Shown in pieces: positions 9,472 to 19,911 of a stretch of 64,000 nucleotides of DNA. The stretch is from NCBI GenBank assembly GCA_964430705.1, contig CAYSGJ010000017.1:24007-88006 (forward strand). The letters are read 5' to 3'. The notes under the pieces were generated by a model. It was not told where the DNA came from. It saw nothing but the letters and a program-made list of their open reading frames with translations, and did not search any database. This DNA comes from an uncultured Desulfobacterales bacterium. Its GTDB lineage: Bacteria > Desulfobacterota > Desulfobacteria > Desulfobacterales > C00003060. A program made the translations under genes and the position numbers. Each line of letters opens with the position of its first letter. The first letter of the stretch is position 1.

Positions 9472-10400
9472 GATAATCCCTCCTTTTTGTCCGCTTCCTG
9501 GTTTTGCCTTATCTGCCTGCGGTTGAAAACAGACATCGCGCCTCCCAACAGGGCAAACAGGGTCAATGGCGCCCACATGTAGGCAAATATACTGTGCTGA
9601 ATGGTTTCTGTGAGGTGAGGTATCGGTTTTTCGGGCAGGGTTTCAAGGCCGAGCCGCTCGAAAGGCACCCTGGATATGTACAACCAGGATGTGCCGCCAA
9701 CCTCATGTTCACCATAGATTTTGGGAACGTAATCCAGGGGGGCATCCTTCATCCTGCGTCGGGCCAAAGTCAGCAACTCGCTGCGCTTCCCAAAGGTGAT
9801 GGCCTCTACAGGACAGATGGAGGCACAACCGGGCAGCCCCCCTTCCTTGGAAATACGCTCAAAACAGAAGGTGCACTTTCTCACCCTGGGCATAAGAGGA
9901 TCGCTGAACTCGTAGGCAGGGATCTGAAAAGGGCACGCTACCATACAATACCTGCATCCGATGCACCGTGACTTGTCATAGATCACGGACCCATTTTCGT
10001 TTTTCTGCAACGCACCCGTGATACAGGCAGAGGCGCAGGCCGGATCCTGGCAGTGCATACACTGCACTTTAACATAGTTGGGAATGGGCTCATTTTTCTC
10101 GTTGAGCCGTCCGGAAAAATACCGGTTCACAACGGTAAAAGCCTTTTCCGTCGGCCGTCGTTCCTGGTCCATGACGGTCACGTCATCAAAAGGCTTTTCC
10201 GGTTCAGGCAGATCATTGACTTTGTTACAGGCCAGTTCACACTTGCGACACCCGATACAACGGCTCAGGTCTACCAGGCACCCGTAGGGATCCGATGGGA
10301 TCCGGGGTTGCCTGGAAGCCTCTACAGGGTTAACATGAGCGGTCAACGCGGCGCCTGTGGCTCCCATAACCTTAAAAAAACTGCGGCGATTAAGTTTCAT
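9468..10400 (-). CDS. Tat-exported 4Fe-4S ferredoxin-type subunit (NrfC/HybA/PsrB-like)
   Basis: Twin-arginine signal [21 protein letters not shown]. Multiple CxxCxxCxxxCP clusters ([40 protein letters not shown]...). Confidence 0.85.
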   Translation of the reverse strand: MKLNRRSFFKVMGATGAALTAHVNPVEASRQPRIPSDPYGCLVDLSRCIGCRKCELACNKVNDLPEPEKPFDDVTVMDQERRPTEKAFTVVNRYFSGRLNEKNEPIPNYVKVQCMHCQDPACASACITGALQKNENGSVIYDKSRCIGCRYCMVACPFQIPAYEFSDPLMPRVRKCTFCFERISKEGGLPGCASICPVEAITFGKRSELLTLARRRMKDAPLDYVPKIYGEHEVGGTSWLYISRVPFERLGLETLPEKPIPHLTETIQHSIFAYMWAPLTLFALLGGAMSVFNRRQIRQNQEADKKEGLS

Positions 10401-10448
10401 GGCGTCATCCTCGCTTTTTGGGTTGATGATCTTGTGACCTTGAAAAGC

Positions 10449-10462
10449 GCAAAGAATGTGCC
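10449..10462 (-). promoter_or_regulatory. Sigma-54 type promoter candidate for the FeS/NrfD/cytochrome operon
   Basis: The minus strand reads GGCACATTCTTTGC, an exact GGCAC-N5-TTGC. It lies about 50 nt upstream of ATG 10400. Confidence 0.55.
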
Positions 10463-10592
10463 GAAAACACCGGCAGGGCGATGATGGCAATTTTTGTTTT
10501 AAAATGAAAGGGTTATTGTTTCGGGATATCCTTGGAGGGTCGAGCCCGGTTTGTTATCATTTGTTAATGTTTTGCGGTTGCGCTAATGATTG

Positions 10593-11465
10593 TTAATGTT
10601 CTTTGGGATGGTTTTCGTTTTTAGAGGAGGCGTACTGGATCACGGTGTCTCCGGTGGTTACCCCGAGTTCTTCGGCAACGACGGAGCACTTGGCTTTTAA
10701 GAGAAAGAAAATGGGCCGCCTTTCCCTCGACAGACTTTCCCGGTTGCCCTGACCCTTGCTGATGATGAGGTCGGCCGTTTCGAAATGGTGACGGAATTCC
10801 TTTGAACAGCGCTCCAGGATAAACCCTGGGGCATCGCAGCCGGAAGATATGATCTCGGCTACCTCATCGAGACCGCTTTTGCGGGCGTCTTCGACGGTGG
10901 CATCATTAATGATGGGCTCGCCTCGCACGGCATAGACAACGCGACGGCCAATAGTCTCAATTAAAAGCTTGTCGAACACCGTTTCTCCGGCATTGTCTCC
11001 CAAAAAAAACACGTTCTGTGCGTCAGCCAATGCTTCGGTGAACAGCGGATAATGGTTGATGGCCGGTTCGGCCGCGATGATCTTTTTGAGGTCTTGTTCC
11101 AGTTGAAACCCGGGGTTGGCGCCAAAATCAATGACGTTGCCGGCGATGGCCAGCCTTACGGCCATTTCCAGAGGGTCGTCGGCTGTATCGACCATGCGCT
11201 TGAGGTCCGGATAGAGCCTGGAGGCCTTTTCGATGCTTTCGTCTTTGAGTTCCTTGAAAGGGTCTTGGATGCCCGTAGCCTGGTGAACGATCTTGTAAAC
11301 CTGGCGGCCGGTTTCAGGCGGGGAGCTGTCCATGGGTATGTGCGGAAGAAGCCGCCCGACCTCATCCATGATGCCTTTGATCCGGCTTTCGTCTTTGAGC
11401 ACAAGCCGTGCGGCAAAAAGCGCTTGCCTAAAAAAACAGGGAATACAATCCAGGTATGTTCTCAT
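10593..11465 (-). CDS. DUF89 (ARMT1-like damage-control phosphatase) family protein
   Basis: MRTYLDCIPCFFRQAL..., DNAGE, and KGQGN near the C-terminus are typical of the family. Start at ATG 11465. Confidence 0.75.
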   Translation of the reverse strand: MRTYLDCIPCFFRQALFAARLVLKDESRIKGIMDEVGRLLPHIPMDSSPPETGRQVYKIVHQATGIQDPFKELKDESIEKASRLYPDLKRMVDTADDPLEMAVRLAIAGNVIDFGANPGFQLEQDLKKIIAAEPAINHYPLFTEALADAQNVFFLGDNAGETVFDKLLIETIGRRVVYAVRGEPIINDATVEDARKSGLDEVAEIISSGCDAPGFILERCSKEFRHHFETADLIISKGQGNRESLSRERRPIFFLLKAKCSVVAEELGVTTGDTVIQYASSKNENHPKEH

Positions 11466-11574
11466 GGCTATTCTTTGTCCCCGGATGAAGCACAGCGCCG
11501 GATTTTTGAATGGCCGGTCGGGGTTCCCAGCTTTCGGACGTTGTATTTTTGTCGCCAGTGGCGCATGGGCACCT

Positions 11575-12825
11575 CTACGAACGGTAATCTGCATTAATTC
11601 TAATATATTCAACCGAAAGATCACAGGTATGCACAATGGCAGAGGCTGTGCCCCGTTTAAGGTCGATGGTGACAGTGAAGTCCTTTTTCTTGAGGACCTC
11701 TGTTGCACCGGCTTCGGCCTGTTGACCGCACCCTTGGCCGTTTTTAACCACGTGCACGTGGTCAAAGAAGATGTCAACGGCATCGCTATTGAGGGGCACC
11801 CCGGCACGGCCTGCCGCCGCCATAATCCTGCCCCAATTGGCGTCTTGGCCGAAAAAGGCGGTTTTCACAAGAGGAGACTCGGCAACCGTAAATCCCACCT
11901 TTCTGGCATCCTCCTCGCTCTGCGCCCCTTTTACTTCAATGCGAATCCGTTTGGTGGCCCCCTCACCATCCTCGACGATTCGCAGGGCCAGGGTCATAAG
12001 CAATTCGTCCAGGGTCTCCTGAAATGCTTCGGCACAATCGGCGTTTTTCATGTGCAGATCCGAGAGGCCGTTGGCAAGCACAAGGACGGTGTCATTGGTG
12101 CTCATGTCTCCATCTATGGTGATGGCATTGAACGAATTGGCCACAGCCTTTGTCAGGGCCTGTTTCAGAAGTTCGGGGGAAGCGCCCATGTCCGTGCAGA
12201 CAAAGCAGAGCATGGTGGCCATGTTCGGCCGTATCATGCCGGCCCCTTTTGCTACCGCAGCGACATGGAAGGCCTTGCGGCCGATCGGGACCTTCCGATA
12301 AACGGTTTTGGGAAATGTATCTGTCGTCATCATGGCCTGAGCCACATCTGAAAAACCCGCGGGGCTTAATTGAGCAGCCAGCTCCGGCAGCGCTTTCTTA
12401 ATGGCGGAAAGATTGAGCGGTTGGCCGATGACACCTGTAGAGGCGACAAGAACAAGCTCTTCGTCAATCGTCAATGCTTGGGCCGCAGCCCTGGCCATGG
12501 AACGGGCGTCTTCCATCCCTTTTGTGCCTGTACAGGCATTGGCATTGCCGCTGTTGGCCAAAATGGCCTGGGCGTAACCGGACGCGACGCGTGTCCGGTC
12601 CAAGACAACCGGCGCTGCTTGCACCGCATTGGTGGTAAACACGCCCGCAGCGCATGCCGGGGTTTGTGAAAAGATCAGAGCGAGATCTTTGCGATTCTTC
12701 TTTCTAATTCCGGCAGCCAAGGCCCCGCAGACAAAGCCCGGCACCCCGGATTTCGCTGCAAGCAACGACGTCCGTCCGGCACGGCCATACGTGTTTGGTT
12801 TTGCCGTATTGTTGTTTTGCAGCAT
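11575..12825 (-). CDS. argJ: Bifunctional glutamate N-acetyltransferase / amino-acid acetyltransferase
   Basis: 416 aa. Autoprocessing region ATMLCFVCTD and a C-terminal ...EYIRINADYRS, characteristic of ArgJ. Confidence 0.9.
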   Translation of the reverse strand: MLQNNNTAKPNTYGRAGRTSLLAAKSGVPGFVCGALAAGIRKKNRKDLALIFSQTPACAAGVFTTNAVQAAPVVLDRTRVASGYAQAILANSGNANACTGTKGMEDARSMARAAAQALTIDEELVLVASTGVIGQPLNLSAIKKALPELAAQLSPAGFSDVAQAMMTTDTFPKTVYRKVPIGRKAFHVAAVAKGAGMIRPNMATMLCFVCTDMGASPELLKQALTKAVANSFNAITIDGDMSTNDTVLVLANGLSDLHMKNADCAEAFQETLDELLMTLALRIVEDGEGATKRIRIEVKGAQSEEDARKVGFTVAESPLVKTAFFGQDANWGRIMAAAGRAGVPLNSDAVDIFFDHVHVVKNGQGCGQQAEAGATEVLKKKDFTVTIDLKRGTASAIVHTCDLSVEYIRINADYRS

Positions 12826-13067
12826 CGTAGCGAACCAGACTAGAGTGAATTAACATGCCTCAGGGTAAAGATATGGCGCCGCATTGAGAGTTCCACGGGA
12901 AAAGCAACGCCATCCGTGATTGCCGACCGCTTCAGCCGGGTTTGGATGGAGCTTAAAGATAGACCGCCGAAAACACACTACAATATGAGTGATTCAAACG
13001 TTTTGTGAAACCACGAGCACCCTTCAATGCGGCAATTAAAGCCGGGCGATTTGAACCCAACCCATCA

Positions 13068-15905
13068 TCATTGGCCACAGCATTTTTTATACTTTTTTCC
13101 GCTTCCGCAAGGACAGGGACTGTTGCGGCCGATTTTTTTTTCTTTTCGACGCACCGTTGCGCCGGCGTTATCTCCACCGTGAGAAAGAGAAATTTTTTCC
13201 TGTTTTGCTTTTTCTTTAGCGGCAATCTCTTCAGGTCTGGCAATCTGGACACGAGCCAAAAACCGAACGGTTTCCTGTTTTACCCTTTCAATCATCTTGG
13301 CAAACATATCGAAACCCTCCCGTTTGTAGACGACAAGAGGGTTCTGTTGGCCGTAGCCCCTCAAACCGATGCCTTCCTTCAATTGGTCCATGGCCAGAAG
13401 ATGTTCTTTCCAGAGATTATCCACCACCTGCAACACGACCATACGTTCCAATTCTCTAAACTCTTCCACTCCGATGCGCTTTTCTTTTTCTTCATAGGCG
13501 CTCATGGCCGATTCGGCGATTAGATCAGCAAGCCCTTCCTTGGTGAGTCCGTCCCGGGTATCGCGATCCATGTCGAGCCGGCAGCCAAACTGACCAAATA
13601 CGGTTTCCGTGAGTCCTTTCATGTTCCATTCGTCGGGCAACATATCCCCTTGGGCGAATTCTTCGGCGATGCCCTCGGAAAGTTCTACAATCATGGCTTC
13701 AATTGTCGGCCGGAGATTGTCGCCGGACAGAGCTTCCCTGCGCTGTTTGTAGATGACCTCCCGTTGTTGGTTCATCACGTCGTCATATTCAAGCAGGTGT
13801 TTGCGAATGTCGAAGTTGTGCGCCTCGACCTTGCGTTGCGCATTTTCAATGGCCCTGCTGATCATGGCGTGTTCTATGGGTTCGCCCTCTTCCATCCCAA
13901 GACGTTCCATGATGGAAGACATACGTTCGCCGCCGAATATTCGCAGCAAGTCATCTTCCAAAGACAGATAAAACCGGGAGGATCCCGGGTCGCCCTGCCG
14001 GCCTGATCGGCCCCGAAGCTGGTTGTCGATGCGACGGCTTTCGTGGCGTTCCGTGCCTATGATATGAAGACCGCCCAGCTCCTTGACCCCATCTCCCAAG
14101 ACGATGTCCGTGCCACGCCCCGCCATGTTGGTGGATATGGTCACACGATTTTTCTGGCCGGCATGCGCGACAATTTCCGCTTCCCGTTCATGTTGCTTTG
14201 CGTTAAGGACCTCATGTTTGATTTTGGCCCTGGATAGCATGCTGCTGAGCTTTTCCGACCGGTCAATGGAAATCGTGCCTACCAAGGTGGGCTGTCCCGT
14301 TTCCTGGAGTTCCTTGATTTCTTCCACCACTGCTCGGAATTTTTCAGTTTCCGTTTTGTAGATCACGTCCGGATAGTCTTTCCTGATCATCGGCTCATTG
14401 GTCGGAATAACAATTACATCGAGATCATAGATCTTTTTGAACTCCGCCGCCTCGGTGTCCGCCGTTCCGGTCATGCCTGCCAGCTTGTCGTACATCCGGA
14501 AGTAATTCTGAAAGGTCACCGTAGCCAGGGTCTGGTTTTCCTCCGCCACCTTGACGCCCTCTTTGGCTTCGACCGCCTGATGTAATCCATCGCTCCAACG
14601 CCGACCCGGCATCATACGACCCGTAAATTCATCTACAATGATGACCTGCCCGTCATTGACCACATATTGGACGTCTTTGTTGAATAACCAGTAAGCCTTG
14701 ATCAACTGGCGCGTTGCATGGAATCGTTCAGAGGCCTCCTGATAGGCTCTTTCAGCCTTTTGGGACTGGGTACGTTTTTCCGCGTTGGTCAGCGCTTCAT
14801 TTTCCTCGATTTTTTGTAATTCCTCGTCCAGGTCCGGCACGATATAGTCATCGGCCCTGCCTCCATAGATAAGTTGGAGGCCTTTTTCGGTCAGCTCAAC
14901 GATATTGTTGTTTTCCTCGATAACGCAAAACAACGCTTGATCCACTTGGGGTAACATTTTTTGAGTTGATAACTGTCCTTCGAGTCTTTCCACCTGCTTC
15001 TTCAAATGGGGGCGCTTTGAGATCAAATCAAGAAAACGGGGATTTTTTGGATCGCCTCGTTTCACCTGCAACAAAAGCTCCAACGCCCCTTCGCTGTCGT
15101 CCTGATCCAGCCTCTTCATCGCATCTTCCAGGATGCCGCCGATCAAGCGGTCCTGGTGTCGCTTCAATGTAATGACTTTCGGCTTCATTTCGTCGTAAAG
15201 TTGGTCTGTTGTATGTTCCACGGGACCGGATATGATCAACGGGGTCCTGGCTTCGTCAATAAGGATGCTGTCCACTTCATCCACAATGGCAAAGAAAGGA
15301 TCTCGTTGCACCATGGATTCCAGGGAGAACTTCATGTTGTCCCGCAGATAGTCAAAACCGAATTCATTGTTTGTTCCGTAGGTGATATCGGCATGGTATG
15401 CCTTTTGACGCTGGCTGTCATCCATCCCATGGACAATGGTGCCGACGCTAAGACCCAAAAAGCCGTATATAGTCCCCATCCATTCCGTATCGCGGCGCGC
15501 CAGGTAGTCATTGACGGTCACCACATGGACGCCCCTGCCGGCAAGGGCGTTTAAATAGGCGGGAAGAGTCGCCGCCAGGGTCTTTCCCTCGCCGGTCTTC
15601 ATTTCTGCGATTTTTCCCTGGTGCAGCACAATGCCGCCGATCAATTGCACATCGAAATGGCGCATGGAAAGGGTTCGGGCGGAGGCTTCACGAACAACGG
15701 CAAAGGCTTCGGGCAGCAACTCGTCCAAAGAAGCGCCGTTGTCGATCTGGTGCCGAAACGCCTGGGTTTTGGCTTTCAGGTCTGAATCCCCGAGCGCCCG
15801 GATCTGCGGTTCAAGGCTGTTGATTTGATCCACAATGGGGTGCAGCTTTTTGAGTTCTCTTTCGTTTTTGCTTCCAAAGACTTTGTTTAGAATATTGCCG
15901 ATCAT
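13068..15905 (-). CDS. secA: Preprotein translocase ATPase SecA
   Basis: 945 aa. N-terminus [24 protein letters not shown]-like motor motifs, and a C-terminal zinc finger [14 protein letters not shown]. Confidence 0.97.
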   Translation of the reverse strand: MIGNILNKVFGSKNERELKKLHPIVDQINSLEPQIRALGDSDLKAKTQAFRHQIDNGASLDELLPEAFAVVREASARTLSMRHFDVQLIGGIVLHQGKIAEMKTGEGKTLAATLPAYLNALAGRGVHVVTVNDYLARRDTEWMGTIYGFLGLSVGTIVHGMDDSQRQKAYHADITYGTNNEFGFDYLRDNMKFSLESMVQRDPFFAIVDEVDSILIDEARTPLIISGPVEHTTDQLYDEMKPKVITLKRHQDRLIGGILEDAMKRLDQDDSEGALELLLQVKRGDPKNPRFLDLISKRPHLKKQVERLEGQLSTQKMLPQVDQALFCVIEENNNIVELTEKGLQLIYGGRADDYIVPDLDEELQKIEENEALTNAEKRTQSQKAERAYQEASERFHATRQLIKAYWLFNKDVQYVVNDGQVIIVDEFTGRMMPGRRWSDGLHQAVEAKEGVKVAEENQTLATVTFQNYFRMYDKLAGMTGTADTEAAEFKKIYDLDVIVIPTNEPMIRKDYPDVIYKTETEKFRAVVEEIKELQETGQPTLVGTISIDRSEKLSSMLSRAKIKHEVLNAKQHEREAEIVAHAGQKNRVTISTNMAGRGTDIVLGDGVKELGGLHIIGTERHESRRIDNQLRGRSGRQGDPGSSRFYLSLEDDLLRIFGGERMSSIMERLGMEEGEPIEHAMISRAIENAQRKVEAHNFDIRKHLLEYDDVMNQQREVIYKQRREALSGDNLRPTIEAMIVELSEGIAEEFAQGDMLPDEWNMKGLTETVFGQFGCRLDMDRDTRDGLTKEGLADLIAESAMSAYEEKEKRIGVEEFRELERMVVLQVVDNLWKEHLLAMDQLKEGIGLRGYGQQNPLVVYKREGFDMFAKMIERVKQETVRFLARVQIARPEEIAAKEKAKQEKISLSHGGDNAGATVRRKEKKIGRNSPCPCGSGKKYKKCCGQ

Positions 15906-16027
15906 GTTTTCCGATTTTTCCCCTCATAAGACATTGACAAGCCGCAAAGACTGTATACAAAAATGTATAGCAGACAATGGAGGGTGGAACAACGGAATTT
16001 CGATGGAAAAAAGGGGTGCTTCAGCGC

Positions 16028-16945
16028 CTATGTGGCAAAATCCAGCATAAATTTGGCAGGGTTGGCGGGAATGCCGTTTACATGGACTTCGTAATGAAGG
16101 TGGGGCGCCGTGCTTCGCCCGGTATTGCCGACCAAACCGATTGTATCGCCGCGCTTGATGTGTGCTCCTCGGCGGACCAGCCATTTTTTCAGGTGGCCGT
16201 ATCGGGTGATTTTCCCGTAGCCGTGGTCTATGACCACCATGTTTCCGAGACCGCCCTTTTTGCCCACGAAGGTCACAACCCCATCGGCGGGTGCAATAAT
16301 AGGCGTCCCTTCTCGGGTAGCGATATCAATACCCCGGTGGAATTCTTTTTGACCGGTGAACGGTGATGTGCGGTATCCAAAGACGGAGGAAATCCATCCC
16401 GTGGTGGGGCGGATTGCGGGTGTCGAGGCCAGCATGGATTTCTGGTCCTGCAGATAATCATGAAGCTCTTCAAAGGCCTGCTTTTGAACCAGGGACGCTT
16501 CGTCCAACTGCTCCAGCTGGGCATGTATGGCCCGAATGACACCGCTATAATTTTCCGTGACCGGAGGCAGATCTTCCAAGTCCGTATCCAAGGTCCCGCC
16601 GATTCCGAAAACGGCATCTTGACCGGCCGGGGCCTCCACGTTGGCAATCACGCGCAATTTGTTTTCAAAATCATGCAATGCCTGCATTTCAGCATTCAGT
16701 GCCTGGACCTTTTCCGCATATGCCTGAATCTGAAATTTCTGGGCAGTCACCTCCTCGGTCAGGGAGCGCATTGACGGCATGGCCCCTTTCAAGGCATAGT
16801 AGTCATACAACACGCACGAGATTCCCACCACGCCTGCCATCACAAAACAGGCCATCAACACAAGAAGCGATTTTGAGAGTTTGACCTGCTTGACGTTGGA
16901 TGCGTTTTCCGGAACTAGCAAAAAGGTGATTTGTTTACCGGGCAA
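16028..16945 (-). CDS. M23 family metallopeptidase (peptidoglycan endopeptidase) with N-terminal TM and coiled coil
   Basis: HRGIDIA ... GNTGRSTAPHLHYEV motifs. TTG start preceded by AAGGGGGA. Confidence 0.85.
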   Translation of the reverse strand: MPGKQITFLLVPENASNVKQVKLSKSLLVLMACFVMAGVVGISCVLYDYYALKGAMPSMRSLTEEVTAQKFQIQAYAEKVQALNAEMQALHDFENKLRVIANVEAPAGQDAVFGIGGTLDTDLEDLPPVTENYSGVIRAIHAQLEQLDEASLVQKQAFEELHDYLQDQKSMLASTPAIRPTTGWISSVFGYRTSPFTGQKEFHRGIDIATREGTPIIAPADGVVTFVGKKGGLGNMVVIDHGYGKITRYGHLKKWLVRRGAHIKRGDTIGLVGNTGRSTAPHLHYEVHVNGIPANPAKFMLDFAT

Positions 16946-17157
16946 AATGTTCCCCCTTTTGAGCCCCCTGGGAAAGGCCTATACGCCAGCCGAATAATTT
17001 TTGGCATATTTACCAGAGCTTAATTGAACCTGTCAACCGTTTTTGCCTCGTAACAGGTTGTTTCTTTTGAGATTAAGCAAGCATCGTGCCAACCAGAATA
17101 ATGCCAAAGAGTCTCTGACAGCCTTCCTATCGGCACAAAAACCAAGCATCATTAGGA

Positions 17158-17631
17158 TCATGCCCTTCCTCCACGATCCAGCATCTTCCATACGGCTGTT
17201 TCATCGCAGTTTGGAAATTTCACGCATTTGATGCAGTCGGCCCAAATCTTTTGGGGTAACAAGTCTTTGTTAATGATCTCAAATCCGTGCCTGACAAAAA
17301 AACCGGGCTGATAGGTCAGGGCAAAAACACGACCGGCGCCAAGCGCTCCGGCTTCGGCCAGGGCATGAGCGACAAGGGCCGACCCAATGCCTCGTTTTTG
17401 ATGTTCCGGGGGTACGGCCAAGGAACGAATTTCCGCCAGATCTTCCCAGCATACGTGAAGGGCGCAAACTCCGACCATAAGGTTCCCCTCGTCTTTTTCA
17501 AAGATGCTGAAATCCCGTAAACAATCATATAGTTCGCTGAAAGGACGGGGAAGGAGTTCCCCTCGTTCTGCATGGCCGGCCAACAGGGCATGGATTTTTT
17601 TGACGTCAGGTATGGTTGCTTTGCGTATCAT
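17158..17631 (-). CDS. GNAT N-acetyltransferase (N-acetylglutamate-synthase-like)
   Basis: 157 aa. Contains RSLAVPPEHQKRGIGSALV (acetyl-CoA loop) and C-terminal CIKCVKFPNCDE. Confidence 0.8.
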   Translation of the reverse strand: MIRKATIPDVKKIHALLAGHAERGELLPRPFSELYDCLRDFSIFEKDEGNLMVGVCALHVCWEDLAEIRSLAVPPEHQKRGIGSALVAHALAEAGALGAGRVFALTYQPGFFVRHGFEIINKDLLPQKIWADCIKCVKFPNCDETAVWKMLDRGGRA

Positions 17632-17727
17632 GGGCTCCCGTCAATCCTTTTTTCGATTTTCAACAATTGCATTGGGGGCAATTCGAGACGAACGATTTGC
17701 ATGTGTTGAAACGCCGCGCAAGCTCTA

Positions 17728-17922
17728 TCAATCGTCCGCTTCGTCCGTTCCGTCCGCCGAAGGCTTTTTGCCCTTTTTCCGCAAAAAAAGCAAATAATAT
17801 AGGATTAGAACAGGATAGGGAAGAAAGGCCCGCTCAAAATCGCCCTGAAACATAAAATAGGTGGAATAGGCGATACAACCCAAGACAAACGCGATTTGCA
17901 GCCACGCCAAGATCCGCACCAT
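17728..17922 (-). CDS. Small membrane protein, hypothetical
   Basis: 64 aa with two hydrophobic helices and a charged tail. No recognisable family. Confidence 0.35.
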   Translation of the reverse strand: MVRILAWLQIAFVLGCIAYSTYFMFQGDFERAFLPYPVLILYYLLFLRKKGKKPSADGTDEADD

Positions 17923-18207
17923 AAAGAGACAGTCTCCCGAAAGCTCTGATTAAAAGGGCTCTGATTCCATATTGTTGGATAATTTTGTCTATATTGTAAT
18001 CCATCAAAAAAGGCCACCCATTTGCGCGGATGCTCTCCACTGCCGGTTAAAAAAACAGTCCGGCCATGTCGAAAAAACGTGCTCCGGATAACGTTTTCGT
18101 GTTTTATATCACGGTCCATCCCCATTTGTCCTCATTGACGTTTCTTTCCGTCCGTGTTTTAATATCAACAAGTTGTGGGAACATTGAGATGATGGGAGAT
18201 TTTTGAA

Positions 18208-18717
18208 ATGATGAAGAAACCGATTTTTAGAATGATGTTGATGGCGGTATGTGTTTTGGTGTCGAGTGTATGCTACGGGCACGGAGAATTCAACAACGAT
18301 ACCGGAAAACCGGTTCGGATTCTGGATCTCAACGATTCTGAGGGAAAACCCTTCGCCCGGTTGTTCATGACGGGAAAGAAGATGACCATCGATCACTACA
18401 ACTATCCCGAATCCGGCGCCGGATACTACGAGGCCCTGGAGGGACACGATTACTACATTCCTTTTGTGTCCGGCGGCCTTGGGGGGCTTCGTGTGGACAG
18501 GGTCGAATGGGATGATGCGGGAAAGGTTATCGGGATCAAAGGGCTTCGTCCCTTTTTCGATGGGGCGGAACTGATGAAGATAATGTCTGACGTGACAAAC
18601 CCGAAAATTGAAGACGGGATCCTCTATTTGAAGTTGGACCGAGAGGCGGACAAGGAGCATCAATTCAAGATCGTATTCGGCATCGGAATCTCCATTGTCC
18701 CTTCTTTATATGAATAG
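18208..18717 (+). CDS. Exported hypothetical protein
   Basis: Signal peptide MMKKPIFRMMLMAVCVLVSSVCYG. A TTGACG-17-TTTAAT promoter-like motif lies at about 18133-18161. No family recognised. Confidence 0.6.
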   Translation: MMKKPIFRMMLMAVCVLVSSVCYGHGEFNNDTGKPVRILDLNDSEGKPFARLFMTGKKMTIDHYNYPESGAGYYEALEGHDYYIPFVSGGLGGLRVDRVEWDDAGKVIGIKGLRPFFDGAELMKIMSDVTNPKIEDGILYLKLDREADKEHQFKIVFGIGISIVPSLYE

Positions 18718-18792
18718 AGCGGTCTTTTTTGACGGTCGGCTCTAAGGTTTTCGTTCGCCGTTGAGTAGTTTTTTCTTAAGGAGCAGAATATT

Positions 18793-19791
18793 TTGAAGAT
18801 TGCCGTCAGCGGCAAGGGGGGGGTGGGGAAAACCACCTTTGCCGCTTTGCTGATCAAAACGTTGAGCGAAAAAGGCAAGCGGGTCCTGGCCATTGATGCC
18901 GATCCCGATGCCAATCTGGCCGTGGCTCTGGGAATTTCACATCCCGAATCCATTGTCCCCATTTCCGAGATGAAAGAACTGATCAAGGAAAGAACGGGCG
19001 CCGAAGCGGGGTCTGTGGGGGCTTATTTTAAGCTCAACCCGAAAGTGGATGATCTACCTGAAAAATGTTCGGTGGAACTCGATGGGGTCAAGTTCATGAG
19101 ACTCGGCGGCGTCCAGAAGGGCGGCGGCGGCTGTATTTGCCCGTCCAGCACGCTGCTCAGGGTGTTGGTGAGTCATATCCTGCTGGCCCGAGATGAGGCG
19201 GTGGTCATGGACATGGAGGCGGGGATCGAGCATTTGGCCCGGGGGACGGCATCGGCTGTAGACAAATTGATTGTGGTGGTGGAACCGGGGCGAAGAAGCG
19301 TGGAAACCGCCCAAAATATCAAAAAGCTGGCTTCCGAAATCGGCCTTCACAGGATTTTCTTGCTGGGCAACAAGATCAGGAATCAGGAAGATCGCCAGTT
19401 TCTTGAAGCATTTGTGACCGGTTTCGAGTGGTTGGGATTTTTGCCCTTTGACAATGAGATCATCAAGTGCGATCTGGGCGGCAAATCCCCGTTTGATGTG
19501 GAGACGCCGGCCAAGAAAATCGTGGAAGACATCGCAACGGCGATGATTCAAGAGGCGCCTGACCAGGAGCGCTCTCATGCACACGAACATACCCACGTGC
19601 ATGAGCATGAACACGAGCACGGTGGAAGGGCTCACACGCACGCCCACATCCACAGCCACGTGCATGAGCACGGCCATATGCACATCCACGACCATGGCAA
19701 AAACACCCACGAACATGACCATGGCCATGACGGCGACCATGGTCCCCACGATCATGGGCACGACAATGAAAAACCCCCCAGCAACAAATAG
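18793..19791 (+). CDS. CooC/AcsF-type P-loop metallochaperone ATPase with a long His-rich C-terminal tail
   Basis: MKIAVSGKGGVGKTT P-loop and a CxC motif (GGGGCICPSS). 27 His in the last 71 residues. TTG start 9 nt after AAGGAG. Confidence 0.8.
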   Translation: MKIAVSGKGGVGKTTFAALLIKTLSEKGKRVLAIDADPDANLAVALGISHPESIVPISEMKELIKERTGAEAGSVGAYFKLNPKVDDLPEKCSVELDGVKFMRLGGVQKGGGGCICPSSTLLRVLVSHILLARDEAVVMDMEAGIEHLARGTASAVDKLIVVVEPGRRSVETAQNIKKLASEIGLHRIFLLGNKIRNQEDRQFLEAFVTGFEWLGFLPFDNEIIKCDLGGKSPFDVETPAKKIVEDIATAMIQEAPDQERSHAHEHTHVHEHEHEHGGRAHTHAHIHSHVHEHGHMHIHDHGKNTHEHDHGHDGDHGPHDHGHDNEKPPSNK

Positions 19792-19828
19792 TGTGTAGTA
19801 ATGGCGGGATCGGCCCACAACCTGGTGG

Positions 19829-19896
19829 AAATTACCCAAACCAGCTTTGAGCTAAAATGGGTAAAATTACCCAAAAGTGCTTTGAGCTGAAATGGG
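19829..19896 (+). repeat. Two tandem 33-nt repeats, each able to form a hairpin
   Basis: AAATTACCCAAACCAGCTTTGAGCTAAAATGGG and AAATTACCCAAAAGTGCTTTGAGCTGAAATGGG, with a 35-nt period. They lie directly upstream of the amidohydrolase gene. Confidence 0.7.
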
Positions 19897-19911
19897 CAAA
19901 AGGATAAGGTA

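Noticed and set aside
13005-15554. Multiple 60-170-aa plus-strand ORFs inside secA, and similar antisense ORFs inside argJ, the cytochrome, the receptors and the repeat-protein gene
   Set aside because: All are fully nested antisense to long, motif-supported genes. This is the expected by-product of GC-rich coding sequence.
19054-19839. 261-aa minus-strand ORF and 19577..19798 plus-strand ORF
   Set aside because: These are shadow frames of the His-codon-rich (CAC/CAT GAA/GAC) tail of the CooC-like gene. The same applies to 37620..37991, 37670..37966 and 37746..38036 around the His-rich protein gene.
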